The notes under the pieces were generated by a model that saw only the letters and a program-made list of their open reading frames with translations, had not been told where the DNA came from and ran no database searches. Positions 46,397-55,532 of a stretch of DNA of 64,000 nt are shown piece after piece. The DNA lies in the NCBI GenBank assembly GCA_030681595.1, contig JAUXSB010000037.1, positions 319 to 64,318 of the forward strand, in the 5' to 3' direction. Source of the stretch: Candidatus Omnitrophota bacterium (lineage in GTDB: Bacteria; Omnitrophota; Gorgyraeia; Ghiorseimicrobiales; Ghiorseimicrobiaceae). The position numbers and the translations under genes are program-made. Every line of letters begins with the position of its first letter. Within the stretch, counting starts at the first letter, position 1.

Positions 46397-47297
46397 AACT
46401 AAACAGAACAAGATAATCGATAAGTGCTTTGGGTTTCTTGGGATAGCCGCGACCTTATTTGGGTTAATCATGCTGCTTGTTTTTATTATTGACGTATTAA
46501 GCGACGGCCTTGGCCGGATAAATTGGAGTTTTTTTACCAGCTTTCCTTCGCGCAAACCCGAGCAGGCAGGTATTCTTTCGGCCTGGGTGGGAAGTGTCTG
46601 GACGATGTTTATTACCGCTATGATTGCTTTACCGTTAGGGATAGGCGCGGGAATTCACCTTGAGGAATACGCCAGAAAATCCCGCTTGACAAATTTTATT
46701 GAGATAAATATTGCCAATCTTGCCGGAGTGCCGTCGGTAATTTATGGCCTCCTGGGTTTGGGGTTATTCGTGCGTTATCTGCAATTAGACCGGAGTGTGC
46801 TTGCCGGCGGGTTTACTTTGGCTTTATTGATTTTACCTGTGATTATACTTTCTACGCGTGAAGCCCTTAGGGCTGTGCCCTTTTCTATGCGCGAGGCCTC
46901 ATATGCCGTGGGTGCTACAAAATGGCAGACTGTGCGTTATCAGGTTTTACCCGCGGCTTTCGGAAACATTTTGACCGGTATAATTCTGGCGATGTCACGG
47001 GCAGTAGGCGAAACCGCGCCATTGATCACGATAGGCGCGCTTACCTATATCGCTTTTCTGCCGCAAAGCCCGATTTATTTTTCTTCAGGGTTTCCCTATT
47101 TACATTTTAGCTTAAAAGGACTTTTTGATCCGTTTACGGTTTTACCGATACAGATATTTAATTGGGTTTCGCGGCCCCAGAAAGGATTTTTTACCAACGC
47201 CGCGGCAGGAATTATAGTTTTATTAGGTTTGACATTAATAATGAATACGCTGGCGATTATCTTAAGGCATCATCATCAGAAAAAAATTAGGTGGTAA
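46389..47297 (+). CDS. pstA: Phosphate ABC transporter permease PstA
   Basis: TM permease with an EAA loop ([20 protein letters not shown]). Confidence 0.9.
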   Translation: MNKTKQNKIIDKCFGFLGIAATLFGLIMLLVFIIDVLSDGLGRINWSFFTSFPSRKPEQAGILSAWVGSVWTMFITAMIALPLGIGAGIHLEEYARKSRLTNFIEINIANLAGVPSVIYGLLGLGLFVRYLQLDRSVLAGGFTLALLILPVIILSTREALRAVPFSMREASYAVGATKWQTVRYQVLPAAFGNILTGIILAMSRAVGETAPLITIGALTYIAFLPQSPIYFSSGFPYLHFSLKGLFDPFTVLPIQIFNWVSRPQKGFFTNAAAGIIVLLGLTLIMNTLAIILRHHHQKKIRW

Positions 47298-47298
47298 A

Positions 47299-48057
47299 AT
47301 GGTTAATCCTACGTTTCGTATTACCGGTTTAGATGCGTTTTACGGCAATAAGCATGTTTTAAAAAATATCAACATTGATATTTTGCCGAATGCGGTTACT
47401 GCCCTTATAGGGCCTTCGGGATGCGGTAAGAGTACTTTTATCCGCTCTCTTAACCGGATCAATGACCTCATTTTAACTTTTCGTAGAGAAGGCAAGGTTT
47501 GTTATCATAACCAGGACATTTACGCCAAAGACGTGGATGTCGTGGAGTTAAGAAGGCGGGTGGGCATGGTATTTCAAAAACCTAATCCCTTTCCAAAATC
47601 TATCTACGATAATATCGCCTATTGCCTAAAAGTCCATGGCATCAAAGATAAGGATAAAATTGACGCGACCGTAGAAAGCAGTTTAAAAAAGGCAGCGCTT
47701 TGGGATGAGGTAAAGAATAGCCTTCGGCAGAACGCGCTTACGCTATCCGGTGGCCAGCAGCAGCGTTTGTGCATTGCCCGGACCCTGGCAGTTGAGCCGG
47801 AAGTGATTTTGTTTGATGAGCCTTGCTCGTCGCTGGATCCAATTTCCACAGCCAAGATAGAAGAGCTTATTCATCAGTTAAAACAGAGTTACACCTTAAT
47901 TATAGTAACGCATAATATGCAACAGGCGGCAAGGGTATCGGACTTTGCCGGTTTTTTTCTTTTGGGGGAATTGATAGAGTTTGATAAGACCGATAAGATT
48001 TTTACCGCGCCAAAAGATAAAAGGACTGAAGACTATATCACCGGGCGGTTTGGATAG
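47299..48057 (+). CDS. pstB: Phosphate ABC transporter ATP-binding protein PstB
   Basis: Walker [10 protein letters not shown], signature LSGGQQQR and Walker B ILFDEP. Confidence 0.95.
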   Translation: MVNPTFRITGLDAFYGNKHVLKNINIDILPNAVTALIGPSGCGKSTFIRSLNRINDLILTFRREGKVCYHNQDIYAKDVDVVELRRRVGMVFQKPNPFPKSIYDNIAYCLKVHGIKDKDKIDATVESSLKKAALWDEVKNSLRQNALTLSGGQQQRLCIARTLAVEPEVILFDEPCSSLDPISTAKIEELIHQLKQSYTLIIVTHNMQQAARVSDFAGFFLLGELIEFDKTDKIFTAPKDKRTEDYITGRFG

Positions 48058-48173
48058 GATTTATTGCCTTAAAGTATGAATACGTTTACTCATTTAAGGC
48101 AAGCGCGGCAGGAGTAATCCTGCCGCGCCCTCCGAAAACTTAATGAAAGAACTAAAAGAGAAAGGTAAGGATA

Positions 48174-48854
48174 ATGAAAAGGCATTTTGACGAGGAGTTA
48201 GCCGATTTAAAAGAGGATATTTTAGATCTGGGGTCATTGGTGGAATTGGCAATTTTAAATTCCGTTAATGCCCTTAAGAATTTAAACCGTCAGCAGGCAG
48301 AGAGGATGATTGTAAAGGATAAAGAAATTGATGAGTGGGAGCTTAAGATAGATGAAAAGTGTCTTAATTTGTTAGCCTTAAGGCAGCCAATGGCTTTTGA
48401 TTTACGTTTTATTGCGATGGCGATTAAAATCGGTACAGATTTGGAAAGGATAGCGGATTTGGCCGTAGATATTGCCCAGCGGGTTTTGGAGCTCGCAGAT
48501 AAACCTTTGCTTAAGCCGCTGATAGATATACCTAAACTTACCATTGTCGCCCAAGAAATGCTAAGAGACACCCTTAAGTCTTTCGTCAAGCAGGATGTCG
48601 AGTTGGCAAAGCAGGTTATTTTGCGCGATAAAGAGGCGGATAGCCTGCGCGATTTAGTTCAGACAGAATTAATCAATGATTATATGATTAAAGATGTAAA
48701 TACCATTAGCCGGGCTATACCGCTTTTGTTGATTGCGCGCTATCTAGAGCGTATCTGCGATCATGCCACCAACATCGCTGAAGACGTTATCTATATGGTT
48801 AAAGCCAAAGTTGTAAAACACCATCCTGAGAAATTAGTCAATAACCATTCCTAA
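48174..48854 (+). CDS. phoU: Phosphate-uptake regulator PhoU
   Basis: Two PhoU repeats with ERIADLAVDIAQ and ERICDHATNIAED motifs. Confidence 0.9.
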   Translation: MKRHFDEELADLKEDILDLGSLVELAILNSVNALKNLNRQQAERMIVKDKEIDEWELKIDEKCLNLLALRQPMAFDLRFIAMAIKIGTDLERIADLAVDIAQRVLELADKPLLKPLIDIPKLTIVAQEMLRDTLKSFVKQDVELAKQVILRDKEADSLRDLVQTELINDYMIKDVNTISRAIPLLLIARYLERICDHATNIAEDVIYMVKAKVVKHHPEKLVNNHS

Positions 48855-48881
48855 TCCCAGCTCGTAGTCATCCCTAAACAA

Positions 48882-48921
48882 TTTAACATAGATTTAACAT
48901 AGATTTAACATGGATATAACT
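48882..48921 (+). promoter_or_regulatory. Pho box of the Bacillus-PhoP type: four direct TT(T/A)AAC hexamers (TTTAAC x3, TATAAC) at an exact 11-bp period
   Basis: Hexamers at 48882, 48893, 48904 and 48915. Located between phoU and the second pst operon. Confidence 0.5.
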
Positions 48922-48967
48922 TTGCGCTGGTATTATTTATTGTTCTGCTTATTGTGTTTTAATCATA

Positions 48968-49032
48968 AGGAATTGCGCCGAAAGCAAAACATTCTAAAAT
49001 TTGTACCAAATTTTATCATAGCTTTCGGCATT
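48968..49032 (+). repeat. Small palindromic element of family B (AAGGAATTGCGCCGAAAGCAAA...AAAATTTG / CAAATTTT...GCTTTCGGCAT)
   Basis: Outer 9-bp IR GCCGAAAGC/GCTTTCGGC and inner IR AAAATTTG/CAAATTTT. A second, longer copy lies at 53888..54023. Confidence 0.5.
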
Positions 49033-49097
49033 AATTCGCGCAAATAACTTACTCATGCTACGCATTCGTAAGTTATGCGCTCATTAAGGAGGAAGGC
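49033..49097 (+). promoter_or_regulatory. Conserved leader element (third copy): TTAATTCGCGC, hairpin ATAACTTAC/GTAAGTTAT, GCGCTCATTAAGGAGG
   Basis: Stem 49044-49052 pairs with 49068-49076, with a 15-nt loop; immediately 5' of pstS2. Confidence 0.5.
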
Positions 49098-49943
49098 ATG
49101 CTTAGGAAGTTAGTATTAGCGCTTGTGGGTTTGTATTTTATGGGCGCGGTTGCTTACGCCGCTGATTCTATCCAGATTAAGGGTTCGGATACCATGGTGA
49201 ACTTAGGGCAGGCTTGGGCTGAAGAGTTCAGCAAAAAAAATCCCGATGCCAATGTAGCGATTACCGGCGGCGGCTCCGGCACAGGGATTGCGGCTTTAAT
49301 CGGCGGCACTGCTGATATTGCCGAATGTTCCCGCACCATGAAAGATAAAGAAATCTCTAAAGCCAAAGAAAACGGGATTACACCCAATGAAATAAAAGTC
49401 GCTTTAGACGGCTTGGCAGTGGTAGTACATCCAGATAACCCGGTTTCTAAATTGACGATGGAGCAATTAGCGGATATTTTTATTGGTAAAATCACCAATT
49501 GGAAAGAGCTCGGCGGGAAAAACCTGCCGATTTTAATACTTTCCCGTGAGGTAAATTCCGGAACTCATGTATATTTTAAAGAGCATGTTTTAAGAAGAGG
49601 CAATGAAAAATGGCCGGAAGAGTTTTCGCCGATGGCATTGTTAATGCCCTCCAGTCAAGCCATTGCCGATGAAGTAGCGCAAAACCCTAATGCAATAGGA
49701 TACTATGGCATGGGTTATATAAGTGCCAGTCAAAAGGCAGTATCGGTTGCCAAGGATAAAAATTCTCCTTATGTGGAGCCGACAATAGAGAATGTAAAAA
49801 ACGGCAGCTATCCGATTTCCCGTCCGTTATTAATGTATACAAAAGGAAATCCAGAAGGTAAAATAAAGGCGTTTATCGATTTTGTGCTTTCAGGCGAAGG
49901 GCAGGAGATTGTAAAGAAGGTTGATTTTGTACCGATCAAATAA
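49098..49943 (+). CDS. pstS: Phosphate ABC transporter substrate-binding protein (second, shorter paralogue)
   Basis: Signal peptide and KGSDTMVNLGQAWAEEF...GGGSGTGI motifs of the PstS family; 281 aa. Confidence 0.85.
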   Translation: MLRKLVLALVGLYFMGAVAYAADSIQIKGSDTMVNLGQAWAEEFSKKNPDANVAITGGGSGTGIAALIGGTADIAECSRTMKDKEISKAKENGITPNEIKVALDGLAVVVHPDNPVSKLTMEQLADIFIGKITNWKELGGKNLPILILSREVNSGTHVYFKEHVLRRGNEKWPEEFSPMALLMPSSQAIADEVAQNPNAIGYYGMGYISASQKAVSVAKDKNSPYVEPTIENVKNGSYPISRPLLMYTKGNPEGKIKAFIDFVLSGEGQEIVKKVDFVPIK

Positions 49944-50036
49944 GAACGATTACATGGTTTTGGCTATATTGAAAGCCCAACCACTGCCCTCTGGCTTGCA
50001 GATTTTAAAACTAGATTACATAGATAATATTTTTAT

Positions 50037-50909
50037 ATGAGAATTCGTTTATTTAAAGAATTTATCATTGAGAAGCTGATTTTTTTAAGCGGGATTGCTT
50101 CGATACTTTTTGTTATTTTAATCTTTGTTTTTTTACTTAAGGAAGGGCTTTCTTTTTTTAAGGAAATAAACCTCTTTAAATTTATTTCCGGCAAACATTG
50201 GTATCCGATATCCGAGCCGGAACAATTCGGAATACTACCGATGATTCTTGGTTCGCTCCTGGTAACATTGGGGGCGATAATTTTTGCCGTGCCTTTAAGT
50301 ATTGGCGCGGCATTTTATATTTCGGAGGTTGCTCCGGGGAAAATCAAGGATATTCTTAAAGCCGGAATAGAGATGCTGGCGGCAATACCGTCGGTGGTTT
50401 TGGGTTTTATCGGGATGATTACTTTGGTGCCTTTGGTAAAAAATGTGTTACATCTTCCTACTGGTTTAACCGCTTTTTCCGGCTCTATTATGCTGGGGTT
50501 GATGAGCATGCCGACGATAATCAGTATTTCCGAAGACGCGATAAACGCGGTGCCGAAGAGCTATAAAGAGGGGGCACTTGCCCTTGGTGCAACACGTTGG
50601 CAGGCAATGTATCGGGTAACGATTTACGCCGCTCTTCCGGGGATTATCGCCGCCTCAATGCTTGGTATAGGCCGGGTGATTGGTGAGACGATGGCGGTAA
50701 TGATGATTACCGGTAATGCCGCGGTTATCCCGCATACATTTTTCCAACCGGTGCGTACCTTAACCGCGACCATTGCCGCGGAAATGGGCGAGACTGTGTA
50801 TGGCAGTATGCATTATTATTCGCTTTTTGCCATAGGGATCATCCTTTTTATTATTACCTTTATCATTAATATCACCGCGGATATGGTATTGCACAGAAAG
50901 CATAAATAA
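50037..50909 (+). CDS. pstC: Phosphate ABC transporter permease PstC (second copy)
   Basis: EAA loop SEDAINAVPKSYKEGALALG. Confidence 0.9.
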   Translation: MRIRLFKEFIIEKLIFLSGIASILFVILIFVFLLKEGLSFFKEINLFKFISGKHWYPISEPEQFGILPMILGSLLVTLGAIIFAVPLSIGAAFYISEVAPGKIKDILKAGIEMLAAIPSVVLGFIGMITLVPLVKNVLHLPTGLTAFSGSIMLGLMSMPTIISISEDAINAVPKSYKEGALALGATRWQAMYRVTIYAALPGIIAASMLGIGRVIGETMAVMMITGNAAVIPHTFFQPVRTLTATIAAEMGETVYGSMHYYSLFAIGIILFIITFIINITADMVLHRKHK

Positions 50910-50958
50910 ACCATGTGCGCTACCGCAGTGCACATGGTTAGAAAATAAGAAGAAGGGG

Positions 50959-51813
50959 ATGGGCGGGGTGAAAACTACCACCAAACAAAAAATCGCTTTT
51001 AGTGTATTATTCTTATGCACGCTGATTGTGGTGCTGCCGGTTTTATTTGTGCTTTGGGCTATCCTTAAAGGGGGAGCCCCTGCGATAAATTGGCAGTTCT
51101 TAAGTACAATGCCGCGCGAGGGCATGCGTGAAGGCGGGATTTATCCAGCGATTATCGGCACGATTTATTTAGTCAGCCTTTCCGTATTGTTTTCCCTGCC
51201 GATTGGGTTATTCGCGGCGATTTATCTCAACGAATACGCCAAAGACAATTTATTAACCCGGCTTATCCGTTTGGCAATTGTAAATTTATCGGGAGTATCC
51301 AGCGTGGTCTATGGTTTATTCGGGCTTGCTTTGTTCGTTAACTTTCTTAAATTCGGGGTTTCTATCCTTTCCGGAGCTTTAACGCTTGCGATAATGAATC
51401 TGCCGGTGATTATTATCGCCTCAACCGAGGCATTGGCAAGTGTGCCGTTTTCATTCAGGGAAGTCAGCCTTTCCTTAGGGGCAAGCCGCTGGCAGACAGT
51501 CAGGTATTCTGTGTTGCCGAATGCTATACCGGGGATTTTAACCGGCGCAATCCTTAGTTTAGCGCGCGCGGCAGGCGAGACCGCGCCTATACTTTTTACC
51601 GTGGCCGCGTTTTACCTACCGAAACTGCCAAAATCTATCTTTGATCAGGCGATGGCTTTGCCGTACCATTTATATATAATATCTACGCAAATACCCAATA
51701 TTAAGACGGAAGTCAGGTACGGCACAGCATTAGTTTTAATCGGTATAGTCTTTAGTATGAATATTTTCGCGGTGGTTATCCGCGCCAAGTTTAGAAAGAA
51801 GAAAAAATGGTAG
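50959..51813 (+). CDS. pstA: Phosphate ABC transporter permease PstA (second copy)
   Basis: EAA loop STEALASVPFSFREVSLSLG. RBS gaagaagggg before ATG 50959. Confidence 0.9.
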   Translation: MGGVKTTTKQKIAFSVLFLCTLIVVLPVLFVLWAILKGGAPAINWQFLSTMPREGMREGGIYPAIIGTIYLVSLSVLFSLPIGLFAAIYLNEYAKDNLLTRLIRLAIVNLSGVSSVVYGLFGLALFVNFLKFGVSILSGALTLAIMNLPVIIIASTEALASVPFSFREVSLSLGASRWQTVRYSVLPNAIPGILTGAILSLARAAGETAPILFTVAAFYLPKLPKSIFDQAMALPYHLYIISTQIPNIKTEVRYGTALVLIGIVFSMNIFAVVIRAKFRKKKKW

Positions 51814-51874
51814 GGGGCGGGCATGAACCTGTCAATTTTTTCGTTCAGGAGGCATTTTACTATTTTGCTGCGTG

Positions 51875-52010
51875 CTTTGTTCGCGCGCTGAAATCTTTTG
51901 CCGTCTACTACAGCTTACAACTCGTTCGTCTGACGGAATTCCCTTTGGTCAGTTCCGTCACTCACTCGTTGTAATTCTTTGCTGGCATTTGCCAAAAGAT
52001 TTCTAATGCG
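51875..52010 (+). repeat. Degenerate relic of the internal part of the family-A MITE
   Basis: GCCGTCTACTACAGCTTAC...CGTAATTCTTTGCTGGCATTTGCCAAAAGATTTCTAATG parallels MITE core segments; no TIRs remain. Confidence 0.35.
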
Positions 52011-52106
52011 TCGCTCACAAACACTCCGCAAAATTTATGAGCGCATTTTGATAAATTATCAAAAAGTTGCCATGTTCATTTATAGAATAGATAGGTGAAA
52101 AAAATA

Positions 52107-52904
52107 ATGCAAGATAATACGGTAGCCGATAAAATCCCGAATCCCGAAACCCGAAACTCGGATAAAATTTCCATTAGAAATTTGAATATCTGGTTTGGCA
52201 GGGTGCAGGCCTTAAAAAATCTTAATTTGTTAGTCCAGAGTAATGAGATTTTAAGCGTGATTGGCCCGGCAAGTAGCGGCAAGACCTCTTTTTTGCGCCA
52301 GATTAACCGGCTTAATGAATTAGAAGTTAATTGTAGGGTAAAGGGTGAGATTCTTCTTGATAAGAAAAATATCCAGGAGCTAAGATGTGAGATTTTAAGA
52401 AAAAGGGTGGGCATGATTTTTGCCCTTCCGCAGGTTTTGCCTTTGTCTATATACGATAATATTGCCTATGGCCCGCGGATGCACGGTATAACCGATAAAA
52501 ATTATTTGGACAATATTATCGAGCAGTCGCTAACTGCTTCATTTATATGGGATGAGGTAAAAGACAGGCTTAATGAAAGCGCGTTGAAACTTTCCGGTGG
52601 GCAGCAACAGCGTCTGTGTATTTCCCGTACTTTAGCAGTTAAGCCGGAAGTGATTTTGTTTGATGAGCCTTGTTCCGGGCTTGATCCGATATCAACGGCA
52701 AAAGTAGAAGAGTCGATGTTAAAACTTAAAAAAGATTATACAATAGTCTTGGTGACCAATAATGTAAAGCAGGCCGCGCGGGTAGGCGACCGCACCGCGT
52801 TTTTCCTGATGGGTGAGCTTATTGAAATAGATAAGACGGACAAAATATTTACCGCACCCGGAGATAAACGTACGGATGATTATATTAGGGGGAAGTTCGG
52901 GTAA
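52107..52904 (+). CDS. pstB: Phosphate ABC transporter ATP-binding protein PstB (second copy)
   Basis: Walker [18 protein letters not shown] and ILFDEP. ATG 52107 is preceded by aggtga; the GTG at 52095 used by the track is less likely. Confidence 0.9.
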   Translation: MQDNTVADKIPNPETRNSDKISIRNLNIWFGRVQALKNLNLLVQSNEILSVIGPASSGKTSFLRQINRLNELEVNCRVKGEILLDKKNIQELRCEILRKRVGMIFALPQVLPLSIYDNIAYGPRMHGITDKNYLDNIIEQSLTASFIWDEVKDRLNESALKLSGGQQQRLCISRTLAVKPEVILFDEPCSGLDPISTAKVEESMLKLKKDYTIVLVTNNVKQAARVGDRTAFFLMGELIEIDKTDKIFTAPGDKRTDDYIRGKFG

Positions 52905-53008
52905 AAACTAAAAATTGAAAACAAAAAACAAAAAATAGAAGCTGAAAATTTTTATATTTTTGGTATGCATTTTTAATATTTTATTGTTTATATTTAATTT
53001 TTTAAATT

Positions 53009-53764
53009 ATGTCTAAGATAACTACTAAAAACCTCAACCTCTGGTACGGCAGCTTCCATGCCTTAAAGGATGTGAACCTTTCTTTTTACGAAAAGAAGAT
53101 TACCGCGATTATTGGGCCTTCGGGGTGCGGGAAGTCTACGTTACTGCGTGTTTTTAACCGGATGAATGATTTAGTGGAAGGGGTTAAGGTTGAAGGCGAT
53201 GTGCTGATTGACAACGAGCCTATCTGCGGCACGGGGGTTTGTGATTTGGTAAAATTGCGTAAGAAGGTAGGGATGGTTTTTCAGCGGCCGAATCCTTTTC
53301 CGCTTTCCGTATATGAGAATATTGTATTTGGTTTAAGGGTGCATGACTTGGCGGTAAAAAAAGATTACGATAAAATAGTCTATGAAAGCTTAAATTCGGT
53401 ATTGCTCTGGGATGATTTAAAGGATAGGTTGCGTAAAAGTGCTCTTTCGTTATCCCTTGAGCAGAAACAGCGCCTGTGTATTGCCCGCACAATCGCGGTC
53501 AAGCCCGATATTGTATTAATGGATGAGCCTTGTTCGGCACTTGACCCGCAGGCAACCGCGCGCATAGAAGAATTAATGCGCGAACTTAAAAATAGTTATA
53601 CAATAGTAATAGTAACGCATAATATGCAGCAAGCCGCGCGTGTATCCGAAGATACCGGTTTCATGCTTTTAGGTGAGTTGATAGAGTTTGCCCGGACGGA
53701 GGATATTTTTACGCGCCCGCAGGACAAGCGCACGGAAGATTATATTACGGGGAGATATGGATAA
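53009..53764 (+). CDS. pstB: Phosphate ABC transporter ATP-binding protein PstB (third copy; signature motif LSLEQKQR)
   Basis: Walker [10 protein letters not shown] and Walker B VLMDEP. The ABC signature LSGGQ is replaced by LSLEQ. Confidence 0.85.
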   Translation: MSKITTKNLNLWYGSFHALKDVNLSFYEKKITAIIGPSGCGKSTLLRVFNRMNDLVEGVKVEGDVLIDNEPICGTGVCDLVKLRKKVGMVFQRPNPFPLSVYENIVFGLRVHDLAVKKDYDKIVYESLNSVLLWDDLKDRLRKSALSLSLEQKQRLCIARTIAVKPDIVLMDEPCSALDPQATARIEELMRELKNSYTIVIVTHNMQQAARVSEDTGFMLLGELIEFARTEDIFTRPQDKRTEDYITGRYG

Positions 53765-53887
53765 ACAAAATGACAAATGACCAATCTCCAATGACAAATT
53801 AATTACCAATAAAATAATGTCCAATTCGGGATTGAATAATTGAAAATTGATTGGGGTTTGGTAATTGGATATTGACCGACGAATTTA

Positions 53888-54023
53888 AGGAGTTGCGCCG
53901 ATAGCAAAGCACTGCGAAAATTTGCCCCGAGGAATTCGAAAGAATTCCCGGGACTAAGTCCTTGGAATTTCACTTTGTGAAATTCCAGAGGGTTCCAAAT
54001 TTTCTTTGTAGCTATCGGCATCA
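53888..54023 (+). repeat. Family-B palindromic element, long copy with two nested hairpins inserted
   Basis: Outer IR GCCGATAGC/GCTATCGGC and inner IR AAAATTTG/CAAATTTT. The nested palindromes are CCGAGGAATTCGAAAGAATTCCCGGG and GGAATTTCAC/GTGAAATTCC. Confidence 0.5.
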
Positions 54024-54030
54024 ATTCCGA

Positions 54031-54089
54031 CATGCAAGTTATGTCAGCACATGGCTTCCATAACTTGTGTCGTTATTGAGGAGGTTAGA
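54031..54089 (+). promoter_or_regulatory. Conserved leader element, variant with swapped stem arms (CAAGTTATG/CATAACTTG), then GTTATTGAGGAGG
   Basis: Stem 54035-54043 pairs with 54059-54067, with a 15-nt loop; immediately 5' of phoU2. Confidence 0.45.
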
Positions 54090-54758
54090 ATGGAAAGGTA
54101 TTTTGATGAAGAATTAAAAGATCTGAACATGGATATTTTGAAAATAGGCGCTTTAACACAGGAAGCGATATTCAAATCTGTCGAGGCGCTGAAAAATCGC
54201 GATAAGGCCTTGGCGCAAGAAGTTGTCAATAGCGATAAAAAAATCGATGAAATAGACCTTGTTATTGACGAAAAATGCATTGATTTAATCGCGCGGCATC
54301 AGCCGCTGGCTAGCGACCTAAGGTTTATTACTACCGGAATGAAGATAAATGCCGAGCTTGAGCGCATTGCCGATTTAGCGGTAGATATCGCCCAGAGGGC
54401 GCAGGAATTGGTGGATAAACCTTTACTTAAGCCTTTAGTAGATATTCCAAAACTTTCTTCAATAGCGCAGAAAATGGTAAAAGATGCGATTGATGCCTTT
54501 GTGGGCCGCAATGAAGCATTGGCAAAAAGTGTAATTTTTTCTGACGTAGAGGCAGATAAACTGAGAAATTGCATCTGCGATGAATTAATTACTAATTATA
54601 TGGTAAAGGACGGTTCCTGCGCGCCGTGTGCCGTTCCGCTGCTTTTAGTCACACGGCATTTAGAGCGTATCTGCGACCATGCTACTAATATCGCTGAGGA
54701 TGTGATTTATATGATAGGCGCTAAAGTGGTAAAACATCATCCGGAGAAGCTTACTTAA
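54090..54758 (+). CDS. phoU: Phosphate-uptake regulator PhoU (second copy)
   Basis: ERIADLAVDIAQ and ERICDHATNIAED motifs. Start at ATG 54090 after gaggagg; the track start at 54051 reads through the hairpin element. Confidence 0.9.
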   Translation: MERYFDEELKDLNMDILKIGALTQEAIFKSVEALKNRDKALAQEVVNSDKKIDEIDLVIDEKCIDLIARHQPLASDLRFITTGMKINAELERIADLAVDIAQRAQELVDKPLLKPLVDIPKLSSIAQKMVKDAIDAFVGRNEALAKSVIFSDVEADKLRNCICDELITNYMVKDGSCAPCAVPLLLVTRHLERICDHATNIAEDVIYMIGAKVVKHHPEKLT

Positions 54759-54767
54759 GGGGGTAGA

Positions 54768-55247
54768 GTGATGAGTTTGGGCGATATTTATTTAACCCGG
54801 GAAGGTTTTGAAAAGTTGCAAGCCGAATTAGAATACTTAAAAACGGTGCGCCGCCGGCAATTAGCTAAAGCCATTGGTGAGGCGCGCTCTCATGGCGATA
54901 TTAGCGAGAACGCCGAATATGATGTTGCCAAAGATGCTCAAGGCTACAACGAAAAGAGGATTATTGAATTAGAGGATAAATTAAGCCGCGCGCAGATTCT
55001 TGACAATAAAAATATTCCCAAGGATGAGGTGTTAATCGGGGCAACCGTAACCTTAAAAGATCTGGATACCGACGAAGAGTTTCAGTATACTTTGCTTTCG
55101 GAGGTAGAAGCTGATTATTCACAGGGCAAGATTTCTGTTTCCTCTCCGGTGGGTAAGGGTCTGTTGGGCCATAAGGAAAATGAGGTAGTGGAAATAGATA
55201 TTCCTGCTGGAGTATTGAAATATAAAATACTAAAGATAGAAAGATAA
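54768..55247 (+). CDS. greA: Transcription elongation factor GreA
   Basis: LTREGFEKLQAELEYL coiled-coil N-terminus and a C-terminal FKBP-like domain. Confidence 0.9.
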   Translation: MMSLGDIYLTREGFEKLQAELEYLKTVRRRQLAKAIGEARSHGDISENAEYDVAKDAQGYNEKRIIELEDKLSRAQILDNKNIPKDEVLIGATVTLKDLDTDEEFQYTLLSEVEADYSQGKISVSSPVGKGLLGHKENEVVEIDIPAGVLKYKILKIER

Positions 55248-55258
55248 GGGAGGTACCA

Positions 55259-55531
55259 ATGGACTGGAAAATATTTTTAGCAGCCTTTTGGACGATATTG
55301 TTAGCAGAGTTAGGCGATAAGACACAGCTGGCAGCAATTAGTTTGGTGGCAAAATCAAAGGCACCGTTGATAGTATTTTTAGGTTCGGTGGGCGCTTTTG
55401 CTTTGGTTACGTTGATAGCCGTTTTATTTGGCGAAGGAATTACCAGGGTTATCCCAAAGAACTATATACATATCGGCGCCGGCGTATTGTTTATTGTGAT
55501 GGGAATCTTAATGTTAAGCGGGAAATTATAG
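55259..55531 (+). CDS. UPF0016 (GDT1/TMEM165)-family half-size membrane protein
   Basis: ELGDKTQ motif (E-x-G-D-K-T) and three TM segments; 90 aa. Confidence 0.6.
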   Translation: MDWKIFLAAFWTILLAELGDKTQLAAISLVAKSKAPLIVFLGSVGAFALVTLIAVLFGEGITRVIPKNYIHIGAGVLFIVMGILMLSGKL

Positions 55532-55532
55532 G

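Noticed and set aside
48882-48921. Tandem direct repeat TTTAACATAGA x3.5, which on first pass looks like a mini CRISPR or satellite
   Set aside because: The unit is 11 bp with no spacers and only about 40 bp in total. The periodicity and hexamer sequence match a PhoP/PhoB-type Pho box next to pst genes.
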